NCBI GenBank assembly: GCA_009602725.1
Contig: WELB01000011.1
Location: 994,019 to 1,058,018, forward strand
Direction: 5' to 3'
Source: Spirogloea muscicola
Lineage: Eukaryota
Length of the DNA stretch: 64,000 nucleotides
The first letter of the stretch is position 1; each line of letters starts with the position of its first letter. The position numbers were made by a program, and so were the translations under genes. Below are positions 1 through 14,370 of this stretch, one piece after another. The notes under the pieces are model-generated. The model did no database searches, was not told where the DNA came from, and saw only the letters and a program-made list of their open reading frames with translations.

Positions 1-253
1 CGCGCCGCAACGCCCGACCGTGCCGCCGCGCCCGCCGCCTGCGGGCCCGGCTGGCCAGGTGACCGGGGCCTCGCCTCGCCTGACCGGGGCCTCGCGCAGG
101 CACTTGAGCTGCAGCAGCAGCGAGCAGCCGCCACCGTGGTGGCCGCAGGTGAGCCATTGCTAGGCTCGCCGCGCGCTCGCGGCGCGGAGAATGCTCGTCC
201 AGCCTTGCCCTGACGCACACACTTGCCTCGCAGGCGGAGCCCACGGCCCACCC

Positions 254-1917
254 ATGTCGCCCAGCAGCGCCTTGCGGCGTCCGCGGCTGCTGCAGGTGCC
301 GGCCAGGCGGCCGCCGGTGGCCGCGCCGCGGCACAGCACCAGTGAGTGCCACCTATTAATGACGTCCTGCAGGCTTACGGAACGAAGCCCAATGTCGCCG
401 TCGCCGCTGAGTCTGGCAACTGAGCTCGGGCCATGCCGTCAATGGACGTGCCGCAGGAGTGCGTGCAGGGGCCGCACCAGAGGGCGAGGGCAGCTCGAGG
501 GACGCCAGGCCCGGCGTCGGCCTGTCGCAGGAGGAGGTCGCCACGCCCAGCGGCAGCGGCTCGACCACGGCCACCGTGAAGCCGACTAGCACCGACCCAG
601 AGGTGGACAGGCTTATGGACTCGGTGTCATTCGGCCAGCTCTGCGACGAGTTCGAGTGCATCAGCAGCCCTTCCGTGGAGCGCACGGCCCGGCAGCTAGC
701 GCGAGACATCCTCGACATCCGAGAGGATTGCCGGCTTCTCAGCTCCTTTGGTGTTTTTGTCAAGTACAAGGTGTGCGGCTCGGAATGGCTGCCTAGCTCT
801 GGGCTTTGCAGGGCTTTCTCGGGGCTCTGAAAACCAGTGGATTGCCAGTGGCGAGAAGTACTCGCTGGTTGATGTCAATGTATGCTGCTATGGGACGAGG
901 GACAGAAGTTAGCCCGCAAGCTGCTGGTTAGGCATCCTGTACACTCGCTGTCGCACAACGCTCCCATGCTCAAGCCAGTAAGTTCCTGCGGCTCCTGTGT
1001 CATGCCAGGACCCTCTGCGCTCGTTCACAGGCCGAGAGAAGTACAAGCGCCCGTCCTGGATCAAGAACGCCCTGGACGATCCGCAAGTGGTAAGTTCCTG
1101 TGAACTGAATGCAGGCAGAGTGGTTCACATTCAAGAGCTACAGGCTCAGCATTTGTATGTTGGTAAGACCAAGCGCGACGCTCTTCTCTGTCTCCTTTCA
1201 TGCTTTCTGGATTCATTCTCGAGTTCTGAGAGTTGCTGGGCGCTGGCGGTTGTTTCACAGGTGGTGCTGCAGATGGTGATGCGGACCACCAGCGAGCTAA
1301 CAATACGGTGGCGCGTTCAGGGGAAGCCAAGGCTCCCGCCGGCGTCCCTTGTGGCCGGCCCGCTCTTGTTGACGATCACCTCCACATTTGTGCTAAATCA
1401 GATCAGCGGGCAGGTTGTCGAGCACCGCGATGAGTGGGACCTCAGCGGGTCCAGCGTCCCTGGCGCCGCGTACTTCTGGTCCTCGCGCCTCGCGTGGACA
1501 GTCGCAGAGCAGGGCCGAGATGCGTCCGAGGCCATGAAGGGTGCAGCGAGACTCCTGGATCAGGGCCGCGATGAGGGTGCCAACATTTACCCCGACCCTT
1601 CTGGCGACCCCCGTAAGGTGCAGTCATGACTGTCTGTGAGGTTATTTAAGTCTTGAGGTTGAAGCTGTGTCCTGGCGCTCATACAGAGCTCGTCAGTAGA
1701 GCTCTCAGTCCTTCTGTCCCTTACTCCTGCGCCTGCAACTCAATGATGATGCCAAGCTGCATCCCTCACAACCGCTGGCCAGACCTGTGAGAGTGCTAAC
1801 CACGGATGTTTTGTGCAGTTCTTCCAGCAGGATAACCCCAACAGCGAGCTGTACCAGATTGGCCTGGTCATTGCTCTGCTTTACCTCCTAGTGCAATTCC
1901 TCCGCTTCACGCTCTGA
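254..1917 (+). CDS. DUF2358 (SnoaL/NTF2-like) family protein with plastid transit peptide and C-terminal TM helix
   Basis: GT-AG exons ~254-341, 457-770, 1009-1089, 1261-1617, 1819-1917 join in frame: MSPSSALRRPR...SFGQLCDEFECISSPSVERTARQLARDIL...YKDPLRSFTGREKYKRP...VVEHRDEWDLS...DPRKFFQ...LYLLVQFLRFTL*. This resembles the plant DUF2358 proteins. Confidence 0.75.
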
Positions 1918-2423
1918 AGTGCGGCATCTCAAAGATTGCTGCTCCTCCTTCTAGCTTCACCTCTGCGTCGCTGTGTTCATCAGCAGTATGCAGGAGGACT
2001 AGATACGCTATCACAGCAGCCAATGCTACTGCGAGTAGGCAGCTTGTATGGTTTTGCTTGCGCCTGCCTTCTCACCAGACATCAAAATCTGTCGACCACT
2101 TCATGGGGCTCATTGGCCAACTTTGTAAGTGTTTGTACAAGCTGCACTCTTTAGCTGTCCCTGTTGGCGGCTCTCGAGGTTGTCTGCAGACTTAAAGCAC
2201 AATTTGCTAGAGATTCACTAGTGAATTGCCAACATGACACAATGTCCGCAGTCAGGTGAAATTTAGCCACCAAAGAATCAGGGCAATGAGTCGTGTACCA
2301 AGCCACTAAGAGCAGATGCACAGGTATAAGCGCGTTGCGGTGTGCATTCAAAGCGTGCTTTTACCCTGCAACAAGGACTCACAGACAAAATTTGCATCTA
2401 TCTATACATGACCTTTTCAGGTC

Positions 2424-5400
2424 TTATACAGTAATACTGTCCCCGTCCAAAGCAGCAGGCCGCCACAGCATTCCATCGCCTCCATCCATAAGCATCACCC
2501 CCAGGGCCGCCAGCTCCATTCGTATCGCATCTGCCTTTTTGTAATCCTTATTGGCGCGTGCAGCAGCTCGCTTGGCCATGTGGGCAGCCAGGACCTCCCT
2601 TGTGAGGCCTCGCCGTTTCAGAGCTAGCTCCTTCAGCTCCTCAACAACCTGCAGGGTTAGTACACTTGAGTGCTACTTAGTGATGATGCTCCAGCTGCTT
2701 TTAGATATGGAGAAAGCATGTCAGGCAAATTATCAGCTCGGCAGAGGTGCATGCAGGAGCAAAGCCTTTGCAGGAGCAAAGACTTCATAAGGCAATCTCA
2801 CAATCAGAAGATACAGAAGGTATTTACGAGGAGCAGCGAAGGAGTTTAGAGTGCAAACAGCGCACATTCACATAACTTGCCACTGAGAGACCAAGAATAT
2901 CCAGTGCTGTCTCAACCGACTGCTGCAATAAAATCAGGGATGCTCGTCTTGTTTTGTCTTTCCTCCCCTACAAGGGCCAATGTCAACAGATAAGTGAATG
3001 AGGGATACTTCTCAAGTCAACCAGGTGTTACTTGGTCATGATATGAGGGTGCTATTCTGAATTGTCATCTTCGTGTCCACCATCATTTACAGCTCAAAAC
3101 GGTGAACAATCACTGCCTGCCCAGGTGATTAACATGGTTTGGTAGCTACATCTGTACAATGTTCTCTCTCACCTGCTTGGTATGCATGAGGTCGTTCATG
3201 AGCTTCAAAGGCTCGACTGTTGCAGCTATTGCTAAAGGTGTGTGCAGATCATCTGTCATTGCAGCAGCAAAACTGTCGGTCAATTTGAGGGCCTCGTCTT
3301 CTGCCAGCTTTGACGCCGCCAAGCTGCCATCTTGTGCAACTTCTGAGATGGCGTTGCAATCTGCTAGGGTCTGCAAAGTGGACAGGCTCCAGCATCAGTC
3401 TTGAGAGAGTTGCACGGGTTGGGACATTCTCCAGAGCTTTTAGTTACCATCTATAGAAGAGCTTACGTCATCAAAAGTGGTAATGCGTGTCAGCTACAAG
3501 GAATTTGGGCTTGTATAAATACTCGGCTAGCGAGTGAATCCTAGCTCTGAACAGGCGAGTAGATCATGACATACAATGACCCGTTCTGCAACCTGCAAGT
3601 TCAAGCTACAGACCTGGTAGAGGTAGAAGCACCTGTCAGAAGCAGCCTCCAGTGACTGCTGAGAGTAATTCATGGGCGACCTGTACTGTGTACCAAGAAG
3701 GAACAATCGCAAAGCAAGAGGGTGATACTCTTCAAGCACCTGCCAGCGACAACAACAAACGACCCCATGCAACATCAGTCCAATGCAGGAATGGCATGAG
3801 CGAGGAAGCTGGAAGACAAAGCCTCTGGCACATGCACACACTTAGCAACGTGTACCTTGCGAATGGTAAAGAAATTGCCTAGGGACTTGGACATCTTCAC
3901 AGCATCCACGGTGACGAAGCCATTGTGGAGCCAGTAGCCAATATGAGACTCGCAGCACACAGCCTTGTTCTGAGCAAGCTCGTTCTCATGGTGAGGAAAG
4001 ATGAGATCGCTGCCGCCACCATGGATGTCCATCTGAGGCCCCAGATACTCCGCGCTCATGGCGCTGCATTCGATGTGCCAGCCTGGCCTTCCAGGCCCCC
4101 ACGGGCTCTGCCATGAAAGTTCGCCGTGCTTGGCAATCTGCAACGCAAGCAGCTCGACCTTTGAATAAACTGGACTACCTCTCAAACCTCAGTTATACTG
4201 AGGTTTGACATACTCATTGTCTGCTCAAGTCACTCAAATAAGGTACGTGTCCAAGCAATGTGGTTGGCACTCGACATCTAACTGTTGAGCTCATTCCATC
4301 TCTCTTCATGATTTCAAGACTATGCTTTTAACAGGCTCTTGGCATGACCAGGAGATAAGTCTAGCTAAATTCGGCCAAGCTCTGTGGAGCTTTGTTTACA
4401 CAATCAGAACCAAATGACTGACTTCTTGATATGATTAACCCACGTAAGACATCCTCACCTTCCATAGGGCAAAATCTGCTGGATTATGCTTCCTCTCATC
4501 AACAGCGACTCGTGTACCGGCCCTGTTCTCTTCAGGGCGCCTACCAGATAGGGCTCCATAATCAGGCAGGCTATCCACACTAAAGAAGACATCTCCTCCC
4601 ACGGCATATCCATGCCCCTTTTCCACAATCTGCAAGGCGTGCAGGCCTGGATGAGCTTGCCCGCATGGACAAGATGCCTGCAGTGAGTGGATTCTGTTGC
4701 AAAGAAAGACCTGCAAAAGTACTTGGACCCCTCCAGCAATTGGACACTTGATTACCTGCTGGATCATACTAATGATCGGGCCGATATGAGTGGTAACACA
4801 TGGCTCCACGGTAGGCGACAAGCAGCCCAGGGCCTCCATGTCTGCCTTGAACTCGTGGAAGAAACGGTCGCTCAGCTCTGTAGGACTTTCTCCGAGCTCA
4901 GAGGCTCTCTTAAGTATCTGCATGCAAGAAGACCGGCTGATACACATTGGCCTCACCCCAGACCCTTGCAGCTGGGCTGATGTCGAACAACAGTTTGAGG
5001 CTCTGAAGAAGTTACTCTTGCACTTGGTATACCCATATTGATGATCCATATTGCATCTGACACGTGAATCCCCAGCCAATACTTGCATCGAGAATGCTGC
5101 CTTTTGGAAGTTAATGTGAAAACCTTGGACGCCTGAGTGCAATTTTAAGTAAAGTGTGAGGTTCCAAATCAGCTCAGACATGTACCTTGGGCTACGCCAG
5201 CATGTATAAGGGCGTTCACCTTGTCGTCAACGTCAGTGACATTCCGGACATAATTGACGTTGTATTTCAGGTGACGGAGGTACCTGCGCACAGAGGCGGG
5301 GGTTATAGCCCGTCGCAAGCTCATGCAGAATCCAGGCAATCTCCATAAAAGCAGATGGACAGAGGCCAGGATTGCGTCGGGAGCAGCAGTTCAGCGTCAT

Positions 5401-5830
5401 ATGGTAGACAAACACCAGAGAGCGCACCGATAGAGCACGTCGAAGGTGACGTAGACTCTGGCGTGGCCAATGTGGCTGTAGTCGTACACGGTGACGCCGC
5501 AGACGTACATTGAGACCTGGCCCGCCACCCTGGGAGCGAACGCCTCCTTCTGCCTCGTCATCGTGTTGAACAGCCGCAGCGGCGGGGGTTGGCCGGTAGT
5601 TGCCGTCATCGCCTCTACAGCGCCCTCCTGCTCCGCCTGCGCTTGCCGCTGGCCTCGCTGTCGCTCGCGCGAGCTCGGCGGAGCCTGCTCGGCTGAACTG
5701 GATCGTGCACCGCAGCCGCCGGATGCGGCCACGCCGAGGCGCCACAACGCCACCGCAGCCCCCGGAGCGCCCAGGGCGAGCCGGCCTCCTGCCCGGAGCC
5801 CGGCGGGCAGGCCGAGCCGGGGCCGGCGCG
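2424..5830 (-). CDS. cysS: Cysteinyl-tRNA synthetase, probably organellar; 5' end lies in the N-gap
   Basis: Motifs [28 protein letters not shown] (HIGH), [81 protein letters not shown]. Stop at 2424-2426. Confidence 0.95.
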
Positions 5831-6286
5831 NNNNNNNNNNNNNNNNNNNNNNNNNNNNNNNNNNNNNNNNNNNNNNNNNNNNNNNNNNNNNNNNNNNNNN
5901 NNNNNNNNNNNNNNNNNNNNNNNNNNNNNNNNNNNNNNNNNNNNNNNNNNNNNNNNNNNNNNNNNNNNNNNNNNNNNNNNNNNNNNNNNNNNNNNNNNNN
6001 NNNNNNNNNNNNNNNNNNNNNNNNNNNNNNNNNNNNNNNNNNNNNNNNNNNNNNNNNNNNNNNNNNNNNNNNNNNNNNNNNNNNNNNNNNNNNNNNNNNN
6101 NNNNNNNNNNNNNNNNNNNNNNNNNNNNNNNNNNNNNNNNNNNNNNNNNNNNNNNNNNNNNNNNNNNNNNNNNNNNNNNNNNNNNNNNNNNNNNNNNNNN
6201 NNNNNNNNNNNNNNNNNNNNNNNNNNNNNNNNNNNNNNNNNNNNNNNNNNNNNNNNNNNNNNNNNNNNNNNNNNNNNNNNNNNNNN

Positions 6287-8830
6287 GCCGCAGCCTTCCG
6301 CCACGCCGCGACGGCGTCCGCGACCGCGGAGGCGGCCTCCCCACCGGCGCCCGACGCGCTCTCGCGGGGCCCCACGGCCGCGCTGAAGTCCCCGTGGAGC
6401 GACGCCCTCGCCATCGGCAAGTCCCTCGTCGCCGGCGGCGTCGCCGGCGGCGTGTGAGCTCTCCCGGCCCTCCTCGTCTGCTCGCTCCGCTTGTCGTCGC
6501 AGCACTTGGGGCGAGCTGGTCGACCCCACACCGCCACGATGTGGGTTGCGGCGCGGGAGCCGCCTTCGCTTCTCGGCGCCCGCTCGTGTCTGCCGCCAAG
6601 CTCGCACGTTGCTTACGTCTCTCCGTTGATGGGAGATTTGTCGCCAGGTCCCGCTCTGCCGTCGCGCCGCTGGAGCGCCTCAAGATTCTCCTCCAGGTAC
6701 TCCTTATGAGGGCGCCGCTACTCGACCGCAATCACTCGATGCACCCTGCACATACTTGTCATTTGTGGCATCGTGGCATCACAATTAGAGTGCCAACGAT
6801 TTGTTCTATCGGGCATAGGCTGGCCTCGCATGCAACAGCGTGGGGTTAGCACAGGAGCTGACCTGCGAGTCTGTCTTGTCAGCCACAAGCAAGTGCGCTA
6901 TATGAGTTTGCAGGCGCTGCATTCGCGCAGGTGCAAAATGCGCACAACCGGAAGTACACGGGCACGTGGCAGGGCTTGCGCTACATTTGGAGGACCGAGG
7001 GCCTGCCCGGCTTCTTCAAGGGCAACGGCACTAATTGTGCCCGCATCGTGCCCAACTCGGCCGTCAAGTTCCTCGCTTACGAGCAAGCATCCAGGTGCGC
7101 CTGTCCTACAAGTACACCATATGCAAGTAATGCTGCCACAAGAGTATGTGATTTTAAGCAGTGGGGAGTCAAAAAGATTTATTGTTGCCTGCTGTTAGAT
7201 AAAGAGCGAGGTTGTTGCTTCCGGGAGAGGCTGGGTTTGTGTGACCACGATGCCTGCTACTATGAACAATTCATTCGATTGAAAGCTCTTGTCCTGTGAA
7301 TGCAGCGGGATACTGTACTTCCTAAGGCAGCAAGACGGTGGAAAGGGTATGATACAGCCCTCTGAGAGCAAGTTTGAGCTTCTCGCAGTCAGGCTCCTGC
7401 AAGGGAATGCCAGCTCACTGTAGTCTCTTCATCCGGGGCCCCATATGCGTCTACCAGACACATCGGCCTGAAGACTAGCGTCTCTTGCTCGCTATGCTAT
7501 CTGTGCTATCTGGGGTAGCTCGATGTGCAAGGCTAGTGGCATAGTCTTTGAGACAAGAAATCATTTTCTTTGCGACTCTACATATTGTTGTAGGCAGCGA
7601 CGGATACAGAAAGGTCTCAGAGGTCTTCATTCGAACCTTGACATTGCACCTGACCTTGGCTGGCCAGATGCGGAGCTCACGCCTCTGCTGCGGCTGGGGG
7701 CTGGTGCTGCTGCTGGCATTGTAGCAATGTCTGCAACGTACCCACTAGACATGGTCCGGGGCAGGCTTACTGTACAGGTACAGCCTGCTCGCATGGACAT
7801 TTAGCAGTTTCCTGGGTCTCACAAGCGCGAACGTTGACAGTAGCCCCAGATGGCTTGTGTGGCAATCAGGCATACACAACTTTTGTACAATATTTTGCAT
7901 CATGGTCAAGCTTTTTACAGACCTGCAAGATGCTCGGGTTTTTGCACACAGGAGGCTGGTGCTCACCAGTACAAAGGAATGACGCACGCTATGAGCACCA
8001 TCGTGCGGGATGAGGGCTTCTTCGCCCTGTACAAGGGCTGGTTGCCGTCGGTGATAGGAGTGGTATCGACCTCGTCACCCTATACCTGCTCTGAGTTGCC
8101 TTAGCTTATGCTAAGGTTCTGCCAAACATTCTTCTCAATAGCCTGTGAGGTTGTCATGGCCTGTGATGAAGCAGCCGACTGCTGCTGTTTCCATTGCGTG
8201 TCTGACTGGGGCCCTGCATTTCTCTGATGCGGCGTGTAGATTCCGTACGTTGGTCTCAACTTCTGTGTGTACGAAACTCTGAAGGACTGGGTGCTGAAGG
8301 CGCAGCTGATAGAGAGTGGTCCACAGGAGCTTAGCGTCGTCACCAAGCTCGCATGCGGGGCAGCCGCTGGGACGGTAGGGCAGACTGTGGCCTACCCACT
8401 GGACGTCGTGCGCCGGAGGATGCAGATGGTGGGCTGGAAGCAGGCAACCGTTGGCCCCGATGGCAGAGTTATCCCCCCCCTCCACTACACCGGCATGGTG
8501 GACGCATTCGTCAAGACCATCCGGTACGAGGGATTTGCAGCACTGTACAAAGGACTCGTGCCCAACTTTGTCAAGGTGCGCAACTCTTTGCCCAGGATGC
8601 GAGAATGTCAGCTTGCCCCTGCTTGGACCGCTTGTAATATTATCAAATTTCGCAAGGCTGCCAGCAACAAGCTTGTTATCTTACTCCCCAGTTTTGACGT
8701 TCGCATCTGCCGGTTTGTTAAGCTCCATCGCAATCGGGCTTTGCAGGTTGTACCTTCCATTGCCATCGCCTTCGTAACGTATGAGGTCATGCGGGACCTG
8801 CTGGGGGTCGAGTTTCGGATATCCGAATGA
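6287..8830 (+). CDS. ADNT1: Mitochondrial carrier, adenine nucleotide transporter ADNT1-like; 5' end lies in the gap
   Basis: KSLVAGGVAGGV/SRSAVAPLERLKILLQ, GFFKGNGTNCARIVPNSAVKF, LTPLLRLGAGAAAGIVAMSATYPLDMVRGRLTVQ, GQTVAYPLDVVRRRMQMVGW, VVPSIAIAFVTYE...LGVEFRISE*. Three carrier repeats are present. Confidence 0.92.
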
Positions 8831-9639
8831 CCAGCTGATGATGTGATGAGCGTCTAAGCTTCGTGGCGCCACTGAGGCAGATGTGCTACGTGGCAGCAGC
8901 CATGTGAATGCAAATTGAGTATCAGCTTGCTCCGTGTCAGATGCGAACCACGTCTGTTTGACCTCGCTTTTGTAGGACACAAAGTAGATGTAACATTGCC
9001 TAGTATTTCCAAGTGGCAGGTGCTGCTTCTGTTTGAGCCAGATTGGTCAACTTCCCAATTGAGATGGCCTGCCTAATGCCTCAACATTAGGAGCAGACCT
9101 TGCGGCTGACAGGCAACTGATGCTCCCATGGAGCACAAGCTTGGCTGCTCCAACTTCTTGGTTGAAGGATCATATACAATGAGCATATCTAGTGTCTCAG
9201 AGCTGAAGCTGGTCTCGCTGTCAGGTAAGTATCCAAGCTAAGAGCACACTTTCTGGCCTGATCAGCAGTAATAAGACCAGCAACATGGCAAGAGCAGCAG
9301 CAGTAATACCAGCTACAGAAACCACCGAGGAGCTCACAAGGGCTTGTCCAGTCTGCTGCTCTGCCTGAGAAGCCTGAGTTTGTCTCGTGTCAGCATTTAC
9401 AGTCGTTTTTGACACTGGCACTGAGATCTGCCAGATACATGCCAAAAGAGAGAACCAAGAGAGGACAAAGTCACTAAAGCACATGCATCGTAACTTGTCT
9501 ATGTGCTAAGTCTTCAAATTTGAAAGAGTGGACAGCCAAGATGCCAATATCTGCTCTTGCTTGTTGAATGTGCGCTTACTTGCTCCACCCAACTTTGCAA
9601 TGCTGTATCTTCGGCTATGTGCAGCATCAGCAGAAAGGC

Positions 9640-12600
9640 TTAGTCTCCGACTCTCCAGCCTTGCAACCGGCGATCAAACTCTTCATCACTGCAGCTATAT
9701 ACACGTGTTAAGGACCTCCTAATGCCAAGGCTGCCGATTTGCACCTGCCGAGGCTTGATTCTACAAGAGAGACTATAGCTGAAAATCTGTGGAAATTTCA
9801 CTATCTCTTCTAGACTCCGTTCCATTATTCTAGTGATATATTCGTACTTGGGCTCCAGGACTGTGGACACCTTGTAACCAAGCAGGCCTGGGAGCCTGAT
9901 CAGCATGGTGGCCAGGTCGTCTCTGTGCAAAAGCACACAAACTATCATAAGTTTCGCATATTAGGTGCTGAAGGCGAGCGAGCCTGCAACCCAAAGGCAA
10001 GACAACGTATACATATCTGCAGTGCATGGCAGATCTCAATGGTTGGATAGAAGCCAACATCAACATGACATTTTCAGCATGCAAATGTACCGAGCCATCA
10101 CATTGACGTGCTGAAGCCCTACCTACTGAAGCCCTTAGAGTAGAAAAAGTTGCGAGTAGGGATGAGATTGTTGTCTAGGCTGAGCGTCAGCAGCACTGGA
10201 CCCTTGTTCACCAATCTGCACTTGCCAAGCAACAAAAAGATTGTCATTTGACCTTCTACACTCTCAGCAATTTCATCTTAACAACATCCATACCTATGTC
10301 ACAAGCTTATGGACCGCGATGCTTTCATAATATACAGCTGAAAGTTTCAACAGTCAGACTTGAGTCTGACAACAAACTGACACTTCCATGAACAATAAAG
10401 TCGAGGCATGGCAAGAGTAATGCTCTTAAGGTGACATTTTACAATGAAATCACTCAGCATATCTGGCATCTGCAAACCCTGTGGAGAAGCTGCATATTTG
10501 AGGCAACAGAAGATTGTCTCCCTTACAGCAGCAAACACCTGCCAATCAGCAAGTGTCTTGCACCTGCCCATCAGCAAGTATTCTGCACAGGCATACTATA
10601 GACTACAGGTTCAACTCACTTTCTCATTTCGAGGTCGTTAAGACCAAGCTCCTCCAGAAAGGCCAGGTTGGCTCTCAATTTGCGCTCAGTAAACCCCAGA
10701 AGCTGTGGCCTCTTCTGGAGGACCTGAGGTCACGGTGCATCACATGACCAGTGTTATTGCAGCATATGTGACACACAGTAACACGAACCATCTTGCTGAT
10801 ACAGACCAAGTCAAATGTACGAGCCAAGCTGTCGCAGTAGCACCCAACAAGTAAAGTGCATACATACATCAGGAAAGTGCTTAACAATACACCTTCCTGC
10901 CAGATGTGATCTTTGTGCTCGATGTGATCTTTGTGATTTGTAACCTTGCGTGTGCTCATGCAAGCACAACTTACTATATGCACAAGTGACTTTTACCTTG
11001 ACTAGATCAGAGCCTTCCAGTCCAAGGGAGTTGAGAAACTTCACGGCTGGCCTAAGGTTCTCCTCAACACTCAAAGCCAGCAGCTGTGGAGCTCTGCTGA
11101 CTACCTGGAGGCAACTGATTTGACATGCACAAACACATCATTATGCAAGCACTAGAATGCTTACAAGCACAGCTTCCCAAGCATCAGAGCTCCAATCCAG
11201 GAAACCTTTTGCTCTGTAAACTAGACTTTGCTTTGACTACCAACTCCTCTGTATATAAAGGTTGCAAATTTGAGGTTGTAGAGATGCCTCGGTATCTCTA
11301 TCTGAGGACTGAGAGCTGGCTATGCTGGTCTCGTCGGGGAGTCCAAAATAGGAAAAGCACAGTGTTGAGGGTACTGAAAGGCATGTTCAGTCTTTTACCT
11401 TTGCCAATCCTTCTCCATTGAGCCCAAGCTGCATGAGGAAGTCTGCTTTTTGCTCAAAGTTGCCACGATTCCTCATGAGAGAGGGGTGCCTGCGGAACAT
11501 ATAGCCTATACGCCCTGCTGGAACTCCCAAACTCTGCAAATACTTGAAAGTAGGCCTGAAGTCCTGCAATCACGTCAAGCATCCACCATATTAGAATTAG
11601 AAACAGAAAAATCAGATATTATTCACGAAACAAGGTGCAACTGACACTTGCAATCGCCCCTTGGTTATCCACGTATGTCCAAAAGCCACAAGTAGTTCCA
11701 GATACCTTCTGAACGTCATAATTGAAAATCCATGGAAATTGGGTCACCACCTTGGCCACAGTGTCCTTGCTTGCAAATGCAACTTCTAAGTACTCTCCAA
11801 CGGGCCGCAGCTGTTCTGCATCCTTTGCTAGAAGAGACGGTCTCCGCAGTAGAGCTCTTCCGACTTGTTGGTGATTGAGACCAATGTGTACAAGGTACTC
11901 TGTTAGTGGTTCAAGTTTCCTGTGACCTGCCTGACTGAGGAGGCCGGGGAAGCTGGTCACAAGATCTTTGACTTCCGCGTGACACACCCCTAGGCCCTCC
12001 AGCTTCTTGACAGCAATGACCATCTCCTCTCTAGCACTCCTGTCCAAAGACTGAATAGTGCAATTTATCATCTTGGCAATCTGTTTGGAAGTCAAGCCCA
12101 GGCTCTGCAGGAACTGAGGAACAACCACAACTGCAGCAGTTGAGAGCAGAAGAAGCCTTGGTTCCTCAGCCAGCCGAGCTGCTACGTCCTGCTTGCTTAG
12201 ACCATAGCTGCACAAAATCTCCACTTTTGCACGGACATCATCCACTCCCTGTCTTGAAAATTGCAGCAGTTTCGGTATGTCAACTGCTAGAGAGCCTGCA
12301 AAGCAACTATGAGGGAAGCTTAAAGTCATGCACACCAGGGCCGCAAAGCATGCCAAAACCTGCTAGATTGTAATTTCTTGATAACAAGAGGTGAAAAGTG
12401 GTCAGAGCTTGATGTATCCTAGTCTGGTAGCAGTAAAGCGTGCATCTGAAAGGGCTTGTTTAATACCTATTGCTTCATAGTAGGCAATAAGCTCGTCATA
12501 ACCATGATGTCGCACAATGGCTGCAAGTTTTTCTCTTTTCGAAATGTTCTGTCCAGAACTTTGTGGCCTTTGCTGGTGAATGCCTCCTGCTTGTTCTCGT

Positions 12601-13457
12601 GCTTCTTCTGGTAACATGCAGCTAGTGTTAAAGACCGACAAACACAATTGTCTGCCACCTTCGCAGTCTAGCGAATGCTCAAGCATCTAATATAGAATAT
12701 GAGATCGATATGTCAAACACATTGAATCACTTACCAATGATGCAATCAATGAAGTCATGGGACTGGCAGAGAAAATCAAAGGCAAATCCAGACGGGACGC
12801 CCTGCTGTTCAAGTAAGCCCAGAAGCACATCGATGGCTTCACTTCTTTCGAGCCTTGTGAACCTGGTTGGACCAGCTAGAGCCAAAGCTTCTCTGTCAAG
12901 TGGAAGTTCAGACCAGGACGTGACAACATTCGCAGTAGGCAAGCTTGGTGAAGAGACTATTAGTCGCTGGAGCTTGTCAAAATCGCGCCGTGCCTTGCTT
13001 GCAGCGTCGAAGTCTGTCTGCTGCAAACTCACATGGCAAAAGATCTGCAAGTAGGTGAGGGAGCCAAGGAAGAGGATCCTAGGGGCTCAAACTGGAGGTG
13101 ACTGTGCTCCAACACTGCAGCTGTGGTCAGGCTGTCATAGATTCCTAGGTCCAGCTGTTGCATGCATACCTGCGAAGGAGGCAAAGCTCCGCGCTCTGTG
13201 ATCTTCTCGTCCCGCAGGAAGGCGAAAAGCGACTGACTATGGCGCTTGCTTCTGGTCAGCGCTGGCCCAGATTTTGTGAAGCATCTCCTCAAGGCTCCTA
13301 CGCCAGATTCTTCCCAACTCGTGCGATAGAGCCGCCGAGAGAGGTCAACCAGGCGCGCAGTAGACCTTGGCTTCGAGTCCGGCAGCGATGCGGCGCGCGA
13401 GAGCGGGGACGCATACGGTGGTTGTTGATGCAGCACAGCCGCAGCGTCGCCGCGCAT
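9640..13457 (-). CDS. mTERF family protein (organellar), multi-exon
   Basis: Repeated mTERF motifs (EPRLLLLS, FPGLLS, RPSLL, FPWIFNYDVQK, LSVEENLRPAVKFLNSLGL, VKFPQIFSYSLSCRIKPR). ATG at 13457 is followed by an Arg/Ser-rich leader; stop at 9640. Confidence 0.85.
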
Positions 13458-13779
13458 GAGCTGCAACCGTAAGCGCCTTTGGACAATAGCTATGATCGTT
13501 CTGCCGGCGGCTCAAGTCTAGCGCGTGTATCGGCGGCGGCAGCTGCAGTGGCGGCGGCAGCGACGGCTGAGAGACCCTGCGCATGCAAGCTCGTGTTCCT
13601 GGCTGTGTTTGGAGAGCAGCTCTTCGGAGGGGGGGTTCGTGCGCCTCGGTGGCCCACTTCCCAGGGTGTCGGAAAGGTGTCCACCCGTCTGACTTCGCCC
13701 AACGGCAACCGCTCTCACGCATACTCGCAGATATTAGTTGCAGTCTACATAAGGCTGCTCTTGCGTACTTGGCTGCGCT

Positions 13780-14370
13780 ACCAAGCTATTCATCACCATG
13801 CTGGGCGGCCTCTGCCAGCCCTTCTTCTCCATTCCTTTGGGCTGGCCTTTCCCAGTCAATCTGGCCCGCGCTTCTTTTTCTTCTCTATGGGCGCGCAATT
13901 TCGTCTTTAAGGCAAGGCCACCAGCTTCCAGGGCGGCGCTCCGGCTCCCCAAGTTAGCCTGTCGGACGTGGTTTGTGCTTCACCCGTGGGTACTAATGTC
14001 ACACTGTTACCTTCGTCACCTAGAATACAGCTTCGATTCATATAGCCCCGCTTCTTGCACTAGCTTTTGCCTGGACAATGTATTGGCTCAGATTGGCCAC
14101 CCTTCCAAGTCATGCGCACCGCGCGCCTTTTCTCGCACTACTAAGCACCCATGCGTGGTAGCCACATGCGCAATGTGGAGCGCTTTTTCCTTGGTAAATG
14201 CTGCTTCTTGGCCCCTCTGGACCTTGTCGATTCTTCAATGGGCTGGCCTCTCACAGCCATCGCCCGCATGCCACTTGGGCAGCACTGTGTGTAGCGCTTT
14301 TTTCTTGGAATAGCTGCTTCTTTTCCGGCCCCTTCGGACCTTGTCGCTTCTTTACTGGCCTCTTGAAGCC
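13780..14370 (+). mobile_element. Cluster of short 3'-end fragments of CRE-like non-LTR retrotransposons (families A and B)
   Basis: Contains several CATTC(T)nGGGCTGGC..CAGCC motifs, the ORF terminus CACCCGTGGGTACTAA (TRGY*, ~13981) and the family-B end CATGCGCACCGCGCGCCTT (~14111). All are shared with other clusters in the window. Confidence 0.7.

Noticed and set aside
5233..6849. Long ORFs containing X runs (also at 22319-23683, 26488-27336, 31667-32581, 55653-56370)
   Set aside because: Artefacts of translating through the N-gaps (5831-6286, 22704-22980, 27025-27261, 32033-32199, 55850-55895) in GC-rich sequence.
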